From Octopus bimaculoides (Eukaryota): a stretch of DNA of 64,000 nucleotides. Positions 1 to 12,890 of this stretch are shown here, one piece after another. The notes beneath the pieces were generated by a model. That model ran no database searches. It was not told where the DNA came from and saw only the letters and a program-made list of their open reading frames with translations. The position numbers and the translations under genes were made by a program. The stretch covers positions 759,175 to 823,174 of the forward strand of contig NC_068985.1 of assembly GCF_001194135.2 (NCBI RefSeq), read 5' to 3'. Each line of letters starts with the position of its first letter. Positions within the stretch are counted from its first letter, which is position 1.

Positions 1-1499
1 TATAATGTTTGTGTATAATATGTATTAAGAAGAAATTAAAATACATTGCAAGTGAGATTGGTTGTAGTTGACATACTAATGTTTAGAAGTAGAAAACAAC
101 AGCCCCGAATGTCTAGGAAATTACAGCTTCCTTGTTTCCACCAGTTTCACTAAGTTTATACTAAAATCTCCAAAAACAGATAAAATCTTAATCCTACCAA
201 TATACTTTTACAAGAAATATGATGAGAAAGTTTTGTTAAATTAAACTCCTCGACATAACGAGATATTTCCTTCAATTTACTTTCTCACAAATGTATTTTG
301 TGAAATTCAATCAGAAATGCTGAAGTGTTTCTAAATAAAAGTCAGTGCTCCACTTCTTCTTTTGTTTGGTAGATTTCAGTAAAACTAGATTCGAAATGGA
401 AATTAAACAGAGATATTGTTTTGCTAAGGATGCCGATACAGAAGAATTAGAGTGCACCATAGAGAACAGGAAGAATAAACAAAATAAAAACATATATAAA
501 ACATTTACAAAACATGAAAATATGAGGATCAATATTCTAGTGTTGAAATCGTTTTTTGTTTCCTTGTACTCTATCAAAGCTTTTTCATATTGCTTAGCTT
601 GATGTTGTTAAATATAACTTAGAGTCTATTTGATCTGCTAAAATATGATTTAGTACCATTAATTTTCAACTTATCTTCTTTAACACGACTTGATACCATT
701 GCATTTAAATGGGTCACATTACTTCAAGAATACCTTCCCAGAAATAATTAATCTTTTCTTTGACTTGATCAACCTAAATTATATTTAGGTCCACTTTATG
801 CAAATCACTAGGTGCCATTGCTTTTACCTGTTCTGTCCAAAGAGAACTAGTCTTCCTTGCTAGTTAATCTTTCCAGTAATGATAACCATTTATATGGTTA
901 TTGCTTAAATACAAATTCTGTGAGAGAATAAGAGTATAAAAGATTATAAAACTTCTTATAAGGAAGTTTCTTCAATAGGGTCTGAGTTTCAGTTGAATGA
1001 TGCAGGATTAAAATTATTTCACAGAATCAGAGCCAAGTGCCTGAAGTAAACCCAGACATATAGCATCTGTGTTGGTCATCAGCTATTTAACCCCTCATTC
1101 ATCTTACCTGTAGTTTTGCAAAGATAACAATTAATTAGAAATTATTTCATAAAGAGTGAAAATATAGAATCAAAGCCAATAATACTTCTTGTTGAGAAAA
1201 TACTGACATTTGTTAAGAGATGGATGTAGTCATTATAATTATATCTGCTACATTACAGATATTTCATCATTGAAGGTTAATTTAACCTTATTGGGATTTG
1301 AACTTACAATGTAGAAACTCGATAAGATGTACCTAGTACAAGCTATGGACACATAAGGGGTACAGCAGTATCAGAGAAAGGATAACAAAGCAAGCAGTCT
1401 TTTTGTGTGGCAGATGCGTAGTCACAATAAATACTAGGAAAGAACAAAGAATAAACTTTGTCAAATGCCCAGGGAAATATCTCGAAGTAGTAGACAGCT

Positions 1500-2300
1500 T
1501 CTGTTAGTTAAGGGATAAAATCAGCAGTGGAGGTGGATGCACTGGGAGTGTAGCTGCTAGAATAAGAACAGGCTGGGTAAAATTCAGAGATCTGCTACCT
1601 TCATTGATAACAAAGGGCTTCTCCCTCTGAGTGAAGGGCAGATTATGTGATGTCAGTGTGTGAACAGGCATGCTGCATGGCAGTGAAACATGGGCTTTGA
1701 TTGCAGAGGACATGTGAAGGCTTGAAAGAAATGAAGCTTGTATGCTCTGCTGGATGTGCAATATCTGTATGCATGTACAACAGAATGTGAGTGTCTTAAG
1801 AGAAAGACTGGGTATAAGTGGCATCAGATGCAGTGTGCAAGAGAAAAGACTGTTGATTTGATCATGTGATGCATATGGATGAGGACAGCTGCATAAAGAA
1901 GTACTGATCTAACTCTGGAGGGAACATGTGGAAGAGGTAGACTCAGGAAGACATGGGATGATGTGGTGAAATATGATCTTCAGATGTTAAGTCTCATAGA
2001 GTTAATGACAAATGACAGAGGCTGTTGGCAATTTGCTGTACTTGATAAGACGCTCTATCTTAGTGAAATCGTTGTTGTGACCTGTGAGGGTAACACATAA
2101 AAGGCACTTGTGCTGGTGACATGTAAAAGACATCCATGTTAAGGGCAGTTAGTACACTCTTTCGTGGGGTTGGCATTGGGAAGGGCATCCAATCGTAGAA
2201 ACTAATCCAATATTGACTGTGGTCTGGTTTACTGGTTCCAGTCAAAATGTCTAATCCATGCCAGAATGGAAAACGGATGCTGAATAATGATGATGATGAA
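1500..2300 (+). mobile_element. RTE-clade LINE 3' fragment (decayed RT C-terminus plus 3' UTR ending in (GAT)n)
   Basis: Broken frames read SSGGGCTGSVAARIRTGWVKFRDLLPSLITKGFSL.VKGRL...GMLHGSETWALIAEDM.RLERNEACMLCWMCN, typical of the RTE post-RT region. It is followed by the tail GGCATTGGGAAGGGCATCCAATCGTAGAAAC...CCATGCCAGAATGGAAAACGGATG(ATG)n. Confidence 0.85.
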
Positions 2301-2649
2301 TGCAAGAACCCAGTGCTCTGTTGGTTCTGTTACTGTACTGTTTGTACATATAATGTTATGAAGCTAAAGGATTAAAGGAGGGAATTTAAACTCAAACATA
2401 AGGGGGTGAAACCAAATGCTTTAGGTAGTGATTAGCAATTTCAGTCCCTGACCAATTGACCAGGGAATTAAGCAAAGAAGTCTTTCAATAGTTGAGCTTA
2501 AACAATTGTTATTGACTGGGTACAGTCTATTAATTCTTATCCCTTTGGCCTCAGAAAGATAAACATTCAAGGCCACCCTTGTGGGAAATGACCGAGCCCC
2601 TTGTTGATATTGGTGTGCTTGAGAAGCCAAGTTAAATCCTAGTCATGGC

Positions 2650-2892
2650 AGATACCAGTGTCACACAAATGGCCCCCAAAATGGCCCCCAAATGGCACCC
2701 AAATGCCAGACAAATGGCACCCAAAATGGCCTATAAGAGCACCCATTATACTCCCAGAGTGGTTGGCATTAGGAAGGGCATCCAGCTGTAGAAAACCATG
2801 CCAAATCAGACTGGAGTCTGGTGTGGGCTTCCAGCTTACCAGCCCTGGTCAAACTGCCCTGTCCATGGACAACAGATGTTAAATGATGATGA
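2650..2892 (+). mobile_element. Short element consisting of the RTE 3' tail (RTE-dependent SINE or 5'-truncated LINE), with an internal CAAATGGC(C/A)CC tandem expansion
   Basis: GGTTGGCATTAGGAAGGGCATCCAGCTGTAGAAAACCATGCC...ACAGATGTTAAATGATGATGA matches the tail at 2160-2300. There are about 5 imperfect 12-13-nt repeats at about 2668-2730. Confidence 0.75.
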
Positions 2893-3558
2893 ATGTAAAG
2901 AGATATAACTCTACACGCAAAATGGAATTTAATCTGGTAACTTTATTCTTTCTAAATATGTTGGTAATTATTTTTATAGACATCCAGAGGAATTGTTAGT
3001 CCTAGCAAAATTTGAACTTAGAATGAAAGGGACATAACTAAATAATGATTTCATGCATCGGTCCTCAAGAAAGGAATTTTTTTCAGGGTTCTATTGTCTT
3101 TACCAATCTACCTCTCAGATGTCAAGATACGAAATAATAGAAAATTCTAATGAAAAAGTAAATCATTGAATTTCAATCTCTTTAGGAGATGGAACCAGAG
3201 TTGTACAATCAGTTCTCAGCATTTTTTATAGAAATACACAAATGAAAAACTAATATGAACAGAAATTGTAGGTTAGCATCTAAGAGTATCAAAACTAATC
3301 AATTAAATCTGAATAAACTCTGCAAACAAATCCTGGTAATAAATTCTACATTCAAATATCATTAATGTGTTGGGTAATCAAACTTGATATTTATATAACA
3401 ATATTGGCTAATGAAAACTAAGGCTAGACGGCTGTTTGAGGGACGTAATTCAATCAGATGGGAATTCTTGGATGTCCTCTGCACGCTTTATTTGCAGCCA
3501 GTTATGGTTGCAGTTAGTAATAGCCACAGTAATATATGCACATGCATGCACACACAGA

Positions 3559-3605
<47 letters not shown>

Positions 3606-3954
3606 GTATATATGTATGTATATACATTTAGTCATAGACATTGGTTTCTGTGTGTGATTCTATGACTTAATCTTTTAACTTTGATTTTTTTAATTTTTCT
3701 TTTCAAAATGGTTGTATTTATTCATTTGCTACCTACTTCTCTGTTGTTCTTTCTCAGTAAACAGCCACACACACACACACACACACTCACATATGTATGC
3801 TCTCTTATGTTTTTAGTTATTTGAAATCTTCATCCATGAAAAGAATTGCTTTCTAGCCAAGACACAAATCTTCATCGTTGGAGTGAAGATAGCAAAAGTA
3901 ATAACAAATTTTAAACTTGAGCAAACTCTTGCATATTTTTATTGTTCCACTTAC

Positions 3955-3998
3955 AGAATGTATTTGTAATGTGCAAGCTGGTTGGTCAATTTCTTTTT
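3955..3998 (-). CDS. Candidate 44-nt internal exon, product unknown
   Basis: On the minus strand: CTAAC branch-like motif, acceptor GGATTTTCAG, and donor CT|GTAAGT. Two frames are open (EKEIDQPACTLQIHS or KKKLTNQLAHYKYI). No homology recognised. Confidence 0.2.
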
Positions 3999-4839
3999 CT
4001 GAAAATCCAAGCATATCCAAAATGTCAGTTAGGCATTTACTCACAAAACTAAATGCACCAGTTATTACGATAAATGTGAATTTAAACTCTAGGTAGAGAA
4101 GCTGCAGGTTTTGAAGCAGTTAGCCATAGTCTTCTTCTTCCTCTTTGATTTTCAAAGAGATGTTCACAACAACAACTACAACAAATAATTAGATAATACA
4201 AAATTAGCAATAATAAACCATACTAATACTGTTAATAATGTACTAATCGAAGAAATTGACCAACTTTTCATCTAATTTCGACTGCATTTGCTAATGCAAG
4301 AATTCTAAATTGCTAATCAGTGTTGTATAAAACCAGTGGAGATATGGGAAATACAGAGAGCCCTCAGTAGTTTTTTGAATAATGAGTGATGTATTTATGT
4401 TGATGTTTCATTTTGGTAAATGATAAAGTTTAAATGCTTGTAGAAGGCATTGTGCAAGGATAAATGCAGCAGTCAAAGGTGTTTCACAAATAAAGATACA
4501 AGATAAAGAATTCTATATTGTGCATAATTTAGTATGAACGACATTTTGGATCTTAGTAGTTAATGGGGTAGAAATGGAAAGAAACCCATAGTAAATAGGG
4601 TTTGATTGAGAGACTGGGAAGAAACTTAGAAGGTTATACTGAAGACATAGGACAAAGTAGTGAAAAAGGTTCTACAGATGTTGGGACTGACAGAGGGTGT
4701 GAGAGAGGACCAAAGACTCCTGGTGGTTTGTTGTGCTTGAAAAGACATATCAAGCTGTGGTTGTCCTTGCATACAGGCTCACACCCTACAGCAACCCTCT
4801 CCAGTTTGAACATCCCAAGACTAATGGAGAAAGTAGTCT

Positions 4840-5050
4840 TTCCCTGTGGCAGATGTTCAAGTACATCAAACACCAGCAATGTACAAAAAATACACTTCCT
4901 CATATGCCAGAGTGTATCCCTAGAAGTAATAGATAGTTTCCATTACTTGGGTGACCAAGTTAGTAGTGGAGGTGGTTGTTTCGAAAACATAACTGCTGGA
5001 ATAAGAAAAGGCTGGGTGAAGTTCAGAGAGCTTCTACCTCTGTTAGTAAC
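4840..5050 (+). mobile_element. RTE LINE fragment (same family as 1500-2300)
   Basis: ORF 4602-5108 contains SLEVIDSFHYLGDQVSSGGGCFENITAGIRKGWVKFRELLPLLVT, overlapping the motif seen at 1520-1620. Confidence 0.85.
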
Positions 5051-5961
5051 AAATGTCTTCATTACTAAAAGGGGTAGAAGCTCTTTAAAAGTTGTGCCCC
5101 ACGAATGATATTGTTGTTTGTATTTTTCTTAACAAATCATCCACTCGTTTCATGTTTTCAAAGATGTGTAGAAAAGATCTCTATCTTGATATAAACAGGT
5201 CAGGTTTAGTAAAGGAGTGGTTATCCAGTGCAAAGCAATGCTTCTGTAATATATTTTCATCTAAACCATTCTAGGATGAAAAAGAAGAAAAAAAAAACCA
5301 GATTTAAAAACAAAGAAATGCACACACAAAAACACACATGCTTAGGTCATTGCTATTGTGACTGATAATTCTTCTAATGACACATGGTCTGCAGTTATAT
5401 ATAATAATAATAATAATAATAATAGTAATAATCTCTAACTCATTCCTTCTTGCTTCTTTAATCATTGCAGTTATTTGTCTTATCTGTGACACCATCTGCT
5501 TTCAACTTTTATTTCCTTTAGCATATGTCAACAAAAATACATTTTCTAAACAATTTCGCATCTTATTTATGTTATTTATATCACAATATATGAGATTTAA
5601 ATCAGAAATTGATTTAAACTAGAAGCAGTTTCAATGATTATTGTTTCTTTCTTATAGTAATTGTTTGCACTTACATATGAAAAGAAACATAAATGTTACA
5701 AGCCTTAGATAGTAAGATATATATTTGTGTCTCATCTCCTTTAAGACACAACCAACCTCTTGAGTGTTCCTGGTTCCACAACTTCCCTAAAATTTTCACA
5801 ATCACTGTGAATTGTGGGCTTCACAGTTTCTGGTCATTTCTCCAGATGATGTTACCTGAAAACAATTCAAAAGCTTAATCTCTAAAACTAAGCTTTCACT
5901 TCAGGCTCAGAACATATTTCACTCAGGATCAATTGCTGAATGCTTTACAAACTTAAATGGG

Positions 5962-6324
5962 ACTCTGCCTTACCGAAGATGGAGGTATTGTTTCAGTGGT
6001 GTTTGTTTATTTGTCCGTGGACAAGATATCTCAAGAACCGCAGGATGAATTTGGATGAAACCTTCAGGGATGCTTGGTCTTGTGACTGGCCCAAACTGAT
6101 TAGAATTTGGGATTGACCTGGTGCTGGACAAGGATTCTGGATTACTTTTCCGTTTTTTTTACTTAATTTTGAGAGTAGTTGGGTTCCTTTTTAGTATTCT
6201 CGTTTGTGAGAGGAAACAAGTTTATTTCAGACATTCTCATTTTAAAAATCATCTCCATCTATTTGTTGAGAGGACGTTGGTGTTGCCTTGGTGGAGGTTT
6301 ACGCTCTCTGAGTGGTCTTCTTGT
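5962..6324 (+). mobile_element. Non-autonomous Helentron/HINE-like element
   Basis: 5' hairpin-like CTCTGCCTTACCGAAGATGGAGG, then GTTTGTTTATTTGTCCGTGGACAAGATATCTCAAGAACCG..GAATTTGGATGAAAC. The 3' end is CCTTGGTGGAGGTTTACGCTCTCTGAGTGGTCTTCTTGTT. This layout (subterminal IR plus ...CTCTGAGTG..CTAG-like end) is typical of HINE/DINE-like elements; family recalled from memory. Confidence 0.55.
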
Positions 6325-6960
6325 TGTTGTTGTTACCATAAAATAAAATGATGGCAATCCATCTCACTGCTAACAATTCACTTCCAAACATGCAACATTT
6401 ACTGGTTCATTGAAACATGTTTTTTGTATCTTCTTCTTAGACTGTTATTGCGATGGGTTCTCTGCTGAACTACCAAATTGCATATCCCCTTCAGTTTAAC
6501 TAACCTAATATATTCCCTCCCAGCCTCACTAGTTGACTCACGAATATTCTTATGCTGCTGACTATCAAAGATTCACCTTTTGATACCCTACAAACAGTTT
6601 CAGTCTCTTCTATTGTTTCTCTAATGACCATTTCTCTTTAGAACTGGCACTTTACATATCATCTCCACTCGAGCCTGCATCTTACATCCATTAATCTTCT
6701 TCTCCTCACTCCTAATTCTATCTCTAACATGTTCTAAAGTATTTTCCAGAGCTGTATCTTTCTCATATTATATCTCAATAGTTTACAATTAAGGATTACA
6801 CATGTCCCCTCTTACTCTCTGACTAACTTATATAAAAAATTTTACTGTTTTTTTTTTACTTAAATTTGTAATAATTCATATGATGTTGAACAAATATTTT
6901 AAAAGAATTCCACCTAATTATTCAAATTAGCATACATTGAGCAGTAAGTAGTATGAATTA

Positions 6961-7397
6961 GTGTGACTATGTGGTAAGAAGTTTGCTTCCCAATCACATG
7001 GTTTGGGGTTCAGTTCCACTGCATGGCACTTCAGTCAAGTGTTTTCTACTACAGCTTCAGGTTAACCAAAGCCTTGTCAGTGTATCTGGTAGCTGGAAAC
7101 TGAAAGAAGCCCATCGTATTTATATATCTGTGTTTGTGTGTGTGTGCACGTGTGTGCACATGTGCTTGTGTGCATGTCTTTGTGTCTGTGTTTGTCCCCA
7201 CCGCTGTTTGACAACCAGTGTTGGTGTGTTTACATCCCTGCAGCTTAACAGTTTGGCAAAGGAGTCCAACAGAATAAATACCAGGCTTAAAAAACATAAG
7301 TACTGGACTTGATTCCTTCAACTAAAATTCTTCAATGTGGTGCCCCAGCATGGCCACAGTCCAATGACTGAAACAAGTAAAAAATAGAAGATAAAAG
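6961..7397 (+). mobile_element. Full-length tRNA-derived SINE of the abundant octopod type (OR-like)
   Basis: Head TGTGGTAAGAAGTTTGCTTCCCAATCACATGG..GGTTCAGTTCCACTGCATGGCAC, central (TG)n, and tail CCCCAGCATGGCCACAGTCCAATGACTGAAACAAGTAAA. The same body recurs at 23621, 39421, 16757, 48390 (-), 17785 (-) and 33910 (-). Confidence 0.8.
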
Positions 7398-9222
7398 ACA
7401 AAACACAGTGTGTATTTAAATGTCTGACAAATGACTTGTGTCTGAGATTAAATTCTTAACAACTAAATCCCCACAGATTCACCCCTTCCCCCGCTATGAA
7501 AAACATGGGAAATGGCACTTAATGAAATTGTCTCCAAACTCTTCTGAAATATGTTTATTATTTGTGACATTATTAAAGTTAATCTGATAAAAACAAATAA
7601 TAAGTGTGGATTTAGAATATACGATCGATAATTATGAGTATGTTGCTGAATGGTATTTAAAAAAAAAAGAAGAACATGATTGACTGATCAGGTGCTGCTC
7701 TTTGGAATGCTTCTTTCCATGTTTGTTTGGAATCTGAAATATTATTGGTTTGGTTGATTTTGGTTTTATTCAGCCACTATTTTGATTTATTTGTTTCCCA
7801 CTCATTCTTTGGCTAACATTTTGTTGTTAATCATATCAAACTGAGGTTTAGTCAAATACCCCGAAAGAAAGGTCACCGACAATTACACAAACAAATAGCA
7901 TTCTAATTGGGGAGAAAAAAACAAAAAAGAGAAGAAAAGTTTAATTGAGGAGAAAGATTAAACCTAGAGCAGAGTTCAAAGAGAAAAAGTAATGGAAGTG
8001 CAGTCGTTAACGAGGAATTTGATGTATGGGAGGTGATCTGTGGAATCATTAACTGAAGAATGGGTGGAGTTGCTAGTGATGTGGGGATTCTGGTAAAGGT
8101 TGGCTGAAGGAAGGATTGCTAATAAAGTAAGAAGCAAGTGAAGAGAAACAATCTAATGTTGGAGAAATCTGGAATTTATGATGGAAAGGAAGAAATTATT
8201 AACGAGGCAATAGTGTTTATGATTATGTAACAGGTAAATTAAGAAAAGCGAAAATCAGCATCTGGTTTTAGAAAGTAATTCTGTAATTGATGATACTATT
8301 TTCTGTTTATAAGTGTGAAGTCGTAACCTTTGTGCTTCGTATTGACCTCGAGTAATCCATTTATTGTATTCCACAGACAATATTGGTTTTTGTTTTTTAT
8401 TAATGATGTTATGTTCTCAGATCTATTACAATACTTTCTAATATCAATGTAATACAATGATACTTTCTGACACATTTTGATACCGATGAGGTTGATCGGG
8501 ACTGTGATGATGATGATGATAATAATATTGAAAATAGTTCTACAATACAAAATGTTTGTGTAATTTAAATCTCAACTTTTGTAACAAGGTCACAAGGCAG
8601 AATCAGCTGAATCAAACCTCAACGTATGGCTGCTGTGTATTTGTTTTATTAATTCTGAACAGATGAAAGAGGACATCAATTCTGCTAGGATTTGAACTCT
8701 GAACATGAAAAGAAGAACAGAAATATTATAAATTATTCAGTTCAGTGCCTTCGTGTTCCTACAAAAACAGAAGATGTATTGATATATAAACACATATATC
8801 CAAGAACTAAAATATACGTCTTTTAGTTCAGGGCTCTGATATTATAAACCAAAAAGGGAGCCTTTATGAGGTTTGTTCATCTGCTGAAAATAGCAGCCAA
8901 ACATAATCACACTATCTCACATAAAAAAAAAAGGTAATCACAATTAAAAAAAAGATGGAACAGTCAGGGAAACAGGGAGAACGCCTTCCATCATAAGTCT
9001 GCTGGTTCAGCTCAGCTAGACTTAAAAGACAACAGCAACAGCAATAACAACAACAACAACAACAACAACAATAATTCTAATACTTGCATGATTTTAACCA
9101 TACACACAGATATATAAATGTAGCATACTTAAATTTATTTCAGTTCTTCTGAAAAAATTAACACCACAAGGACGTGGTACATACAAAGTATTAACAAGAT
9201 ACTCAGGAAAGGAAAGAAAGGT

Positions 9223-9259
9223 TGTTTTACATTTCGAGCAAAGCTCTTCTTCGGAAACA
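9223..9259 (-). ncRNA. Minimal type I hammerhead ribozyme-like fold (variant core)
   Basis: Minus strand reads TGTTT-CCGAAGA-A-GAGC-TTT-GCTC-GAAA-T-GTA|AAACA. Stem I is TGTTT/AAACA (5 bp), stem II is GAGC/GCTC, and there is a GUA triplet. Deviations: U4 is C, there is one extra A after A9, and stem III is ATGT instead of palindromic ACGT. Confidence 0.6.
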
Positions 9260-9748
9260 GGAGACAGAGAAAAGTCCAAGAGAAAAGGAAGATGGAGGAA
9301 GAAAATCACCAACAATCCACATGTGGTTGCATTGGCTGTTCCAACACTTTAGCCTTACCATTGCCTGCGGTAATGCCATGAACATGTTGGATTGCTTCCG
9401 GAGGTTCCATTGATCCTTGTGGTGCACAACCAGATGAGGCACCTGGTGGGGAATCGATGGTTTTTCTATTTCTTTTCTCCCTTTCTTTTTTTCTGATTTT
9501 TTCCCTTCTTTTCTTTCTTTCTTCACTCACGTTTGTGTTTTATTCAGTTTTGGATCTGTATTTTAATGCGATTCCATATTATAACATACATCATATACTC
9601 CCACACAGACATTTGTATTTTTGAATGCACGAGGTTTCTTGTTGGTTTGTCAGTATTTTCAAAAAATAAATGATTAATGATTTAAAAAAAACATAAATAC
9701 GAGTACGTATGTGTTTGCGTGTTTGTATATGTGTTTGTGTGTGTGTGT

Positions 9749-9794
<46 letters not shown>

Positions 9795-11130
9795 ACACGT
9801 GAATTCCATCTAGCTCTTGCATGTCTGGAAAAGTGGACTTTAGAATGGCGATTCTGATGGTCTATACAATTGCTATGTTTAGATATATTTATATTCATGT
9901 AACCAACTAAAAATACTCACCATTTTGACAAGCATCGCCAGGTGATTAATGTAATTGTGTGTCCAAACCTTCTCAGTTCTTTGATTGCAAATTATATCTC
10001 ATAGATTTCTACAGCTTTTGTTAAATACTCTTAAATCTACTCCTCTTTAGTAAAATAAGAACTGATTAAACTCTTGGTACTAAACTCCTAGTATCCTTTT
10101 TGATAACATTTTTGAAACATTTTTTAGATGGAGTAAGTTGTATAAAACAAAAGACAAAAATGGTAGAAGTCTTTAAAATGTTAGAACACACAACTGTATG
10201 TGCTTAACGAGAAAAAGATACGGCAGTGTGAATATTTCATCAGAATAAATGTTTACGTTGTGTTGAAGATAAATTAATCCTGGCTTAATCTTGCATGGAT
10301 TAGATAGTGCCAGAATTTATTTAAAACTTTACTGATGACTGGTAATTTTTTGTATCAAGGCAGCCTGCCAATGTTTGTAAGAGTGCAGGTATAGTCAGTT
10401 TGATCAGCTGGAGCTTATCTCTTCTATTTAGTTTATCGACACTCAGAAGAGAAGGGTGCAGTCGATGCCAAGTGGATTTGAACTCGCGTCACTGAAGTTT
10501 GGCATTAAAAATCTGTTAGTGCAATGCTCTAGTCTCTTGACTCTCATCACCACTTTTGTTATTAATGACTAATGGATGAGATCTACTTGATTGGAAGTTC
10601 AGTAATTAATTTGAAAAAATTAAATAAATTGACTGTGAGATTAACATTTTGAAGAAAGCACAGCGTACCCCATAGTCTCTTCAAGATTCTGTCAAATGCA
10701 ATTGCTCTGTCTTCATTATGCTGATACATCTTTAGGAGTTATCTGAAGCTGTGAAGCAGTTCATCTGAATGACAAGCTTTCATTGTATTAACTTGCAATG
10801 GATTCCCTCCAGACCATAGTCTGATGCAGTTCAAGATAAATATCATCTGATTGGCTTCATCTTCCAATTCTTCATCTTTCTCATGTGCAACATCGTAAAA
10901 AAAAAAAAAACAAAACAAAATAAGTAGAACCAAGAAGAAAACAGAACATAGTAAAGACAGAATCATATGGTAACTGCATTCAAGTCACCCTGTGTACTTA
11001 CCCTGGAGAATATCCAGTTAGTATCATTGAATATGGTAACGGGATGGAAGGGAATTTATTTAGAATGCAGGAAAGGAACAGGAAATGAAGATATCCTTTT
11101 TCTAAATTGTTTCTGTCTTTTCTGCAATAG

Positions 11131-11246
11131 AAATGTCACTGGCAGATCATTATACGAAATAGCACCACATGGTGGGATCTTGAACGGCTTCCCTTACTCT
11201 AATCCTAACTTGCAGCAATGTCTAGAGAATCAGCTGGAGATTAAAG
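11131..11246 (+). CDS. Candidate 116-nt internal exon (phase 2 to phase 1), product unknown
   Basis: Acceptor TTCTGTCTTTTCTGCAATAG and donor AAG|GTTTGT. One open frame: NVTGRSLYEIAPHGGILNGFPYSNPNLQQCLENQLEIK. No family recognised. Confidence 0.3.
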
Positions 11247-11639
11247 GTTTGTGGAAAAAAAAGAAAGAAATAAAAATACAAGTCAGAAATAACTATATGC
11301 ATCTATGTGTGTATGTATGAGTCTGTACGTGGTGTATGTATGAGTCTGTATGTGGTGTATGTGTGTATGTATGTAATGTGTACAAGTTATCCAAGAACAA
11401 GAATTAGCAAGGCCTACAATCTGCCTTCCTCTAATTCTGAGTAGCAAAACGGTTCTTGTAAAGTAGAATATGTGTACATTTAATAGGATAATAATAATAA
11501 TGATAATGATAACAATAACAACAACAACAACAACAACAATAATAGCAAAACAAAAATGCCCTTGCTACACTTGGCCTCCGGAGGATGCCTTGGTACTAAG
11601 GCAGCTGAAATAAAGTTATAATGAAAGGAAACCATAAAT

Positions 11640-11850
11640 ACTAGTAATAATAATAATAATAATGAAAACCTTAGAAATACCCTACAATGTAGATGTATTG
11701 CAAAAGTTGGCATTACTTGGAACTGCATGCATATTGCGTAAAGTACTGTCTTTCTGAGGTCCTTGTTGCGACTTGAGAAACAGTACAAATCCCTGGTAGT
11801 CACAATATCTTCAATCAACAACCTCACAATATTGTATACTGTGCGACGTC

Positions 11851-11855
<5 letters not shown>
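11640..11855 (+). mobile_element. 3' end of an RLE-type (R4/Dong-like) non-LTR retrotransposon, followed by an (AAT)n tail
   Basis: ENLEIPYNVDVLQKLALLGTACILRKVLSF* (one frameshift) resembles the conserved C-terminus of restriction-like-endonuclease LINEs. (AAT)n starts at about 11852. Confidence 0.65.
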
Positions 11856-11906
<51 letters not shown>

Positions 11907-12092
11907 TAATGCGAATAATAATAACAACAATAATAATAATCAGAAGAAGGAAGTGGAGGAGGAAGAGGGGAGGGGGAAAGAGGAGGAGGAGGAGAAGGAG
12001 GAGAGGAGGAGGAGAAGAAGAAGAAGAAGAAGAAGGAGGAGGAGGAGGAGGAGAAGAAGAAGAAGAAGAAGAAGAAGCAGAAGAAGAACAAG

Positions 12093-12123
<31 letters not shown>

Positions 12124-12135
12124 GGAAGAGATAAC
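11852..12135. repeat. Compound microsatellite (AAT)n-(GAG)n-(GAA)n
   Basis: Directly visible; it produces the low-complexity ORFs at 11480-12240. Confidence 0.95.
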
Positions 12136-12669
12136 TAGAACGTGAGAGATGGAAGCAGAAACAATCTTTATGATATGTGTGTTAAAATATGCAGGCAAAT
12201 ATTTTGCCAAAATCCTATGATAGATACATGTGATATTCATATGATACCTTAATTTGATATTTTAATTCTATAGAGGAACAAAATAAATAAATGAATAATC
12301 AAAAAGATAAACAAATAGATAAAAAAATAAAAGCATGAATATGGCCAAGTTAGTGAGTGCTACATTGAGCATTGTAATAAAAACACTCAGAAATCAATCT
12401 CATTTCATTTGCTACAAGGGTCTAAAATTGTAATTTAAAGACATGTCTTACAATGGGGTTTACAAAGTATGTGGGGCTTATACAGATAGTAAAACCAGTC
12501 TCATCTGCAAAAGGTTGAAAAACTGACTGAGGCCAAGGAAGGGCTGCCCATAACATTAAGCATTTTCTTTCTTAATTACTTTCTCTCCTCTGATTACTGT
12601 TCTCAAGCATCTTCAGTTGCAGAATCATACGCATCCTCTGAGTCGCCATTAGTCTTTATTGATATATAA

Positions 12670-12890
12670 AAGGTTCCTCTACCAGTGGCACATAAAAGGC
12701 ATCGGCACCAAAGAGCACCTATGCTGGTGACATGTAAAAGACACCCAGTACACTCTGCAATGTGGTTTGCTTTAGGAAGGGCAATCACCCATAAAAAAAA
12801 ACAAACAAACCAAAACTGACCACTGGAGCTTGGTGCAGCTCTCCAGCTTACCAGCTCCAGTCAAACCCATTCCAGCATGGAAATGGAGAT
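12670..12890 (+). mobile_element. RTE-tail SINE-like copy
   Basis: GTGGCACATAAAAGGCATC..TGCTGGTGACATGTAAAAGACACC..TTTAGGAAGGGCAATC..CTTACCAGCTCCAGTCAAACC..CCAGCATGGAA. Confidence 0.7.

Noticed and set aside
6340-8300. Possible CR1/Jockey-like LINE remnants at about 6350-6780, 7950-8250, 12900-13800 and 25960-26700
   Set aside because: The composition is suggestive, but no diagnostic motif could be read with confidence.
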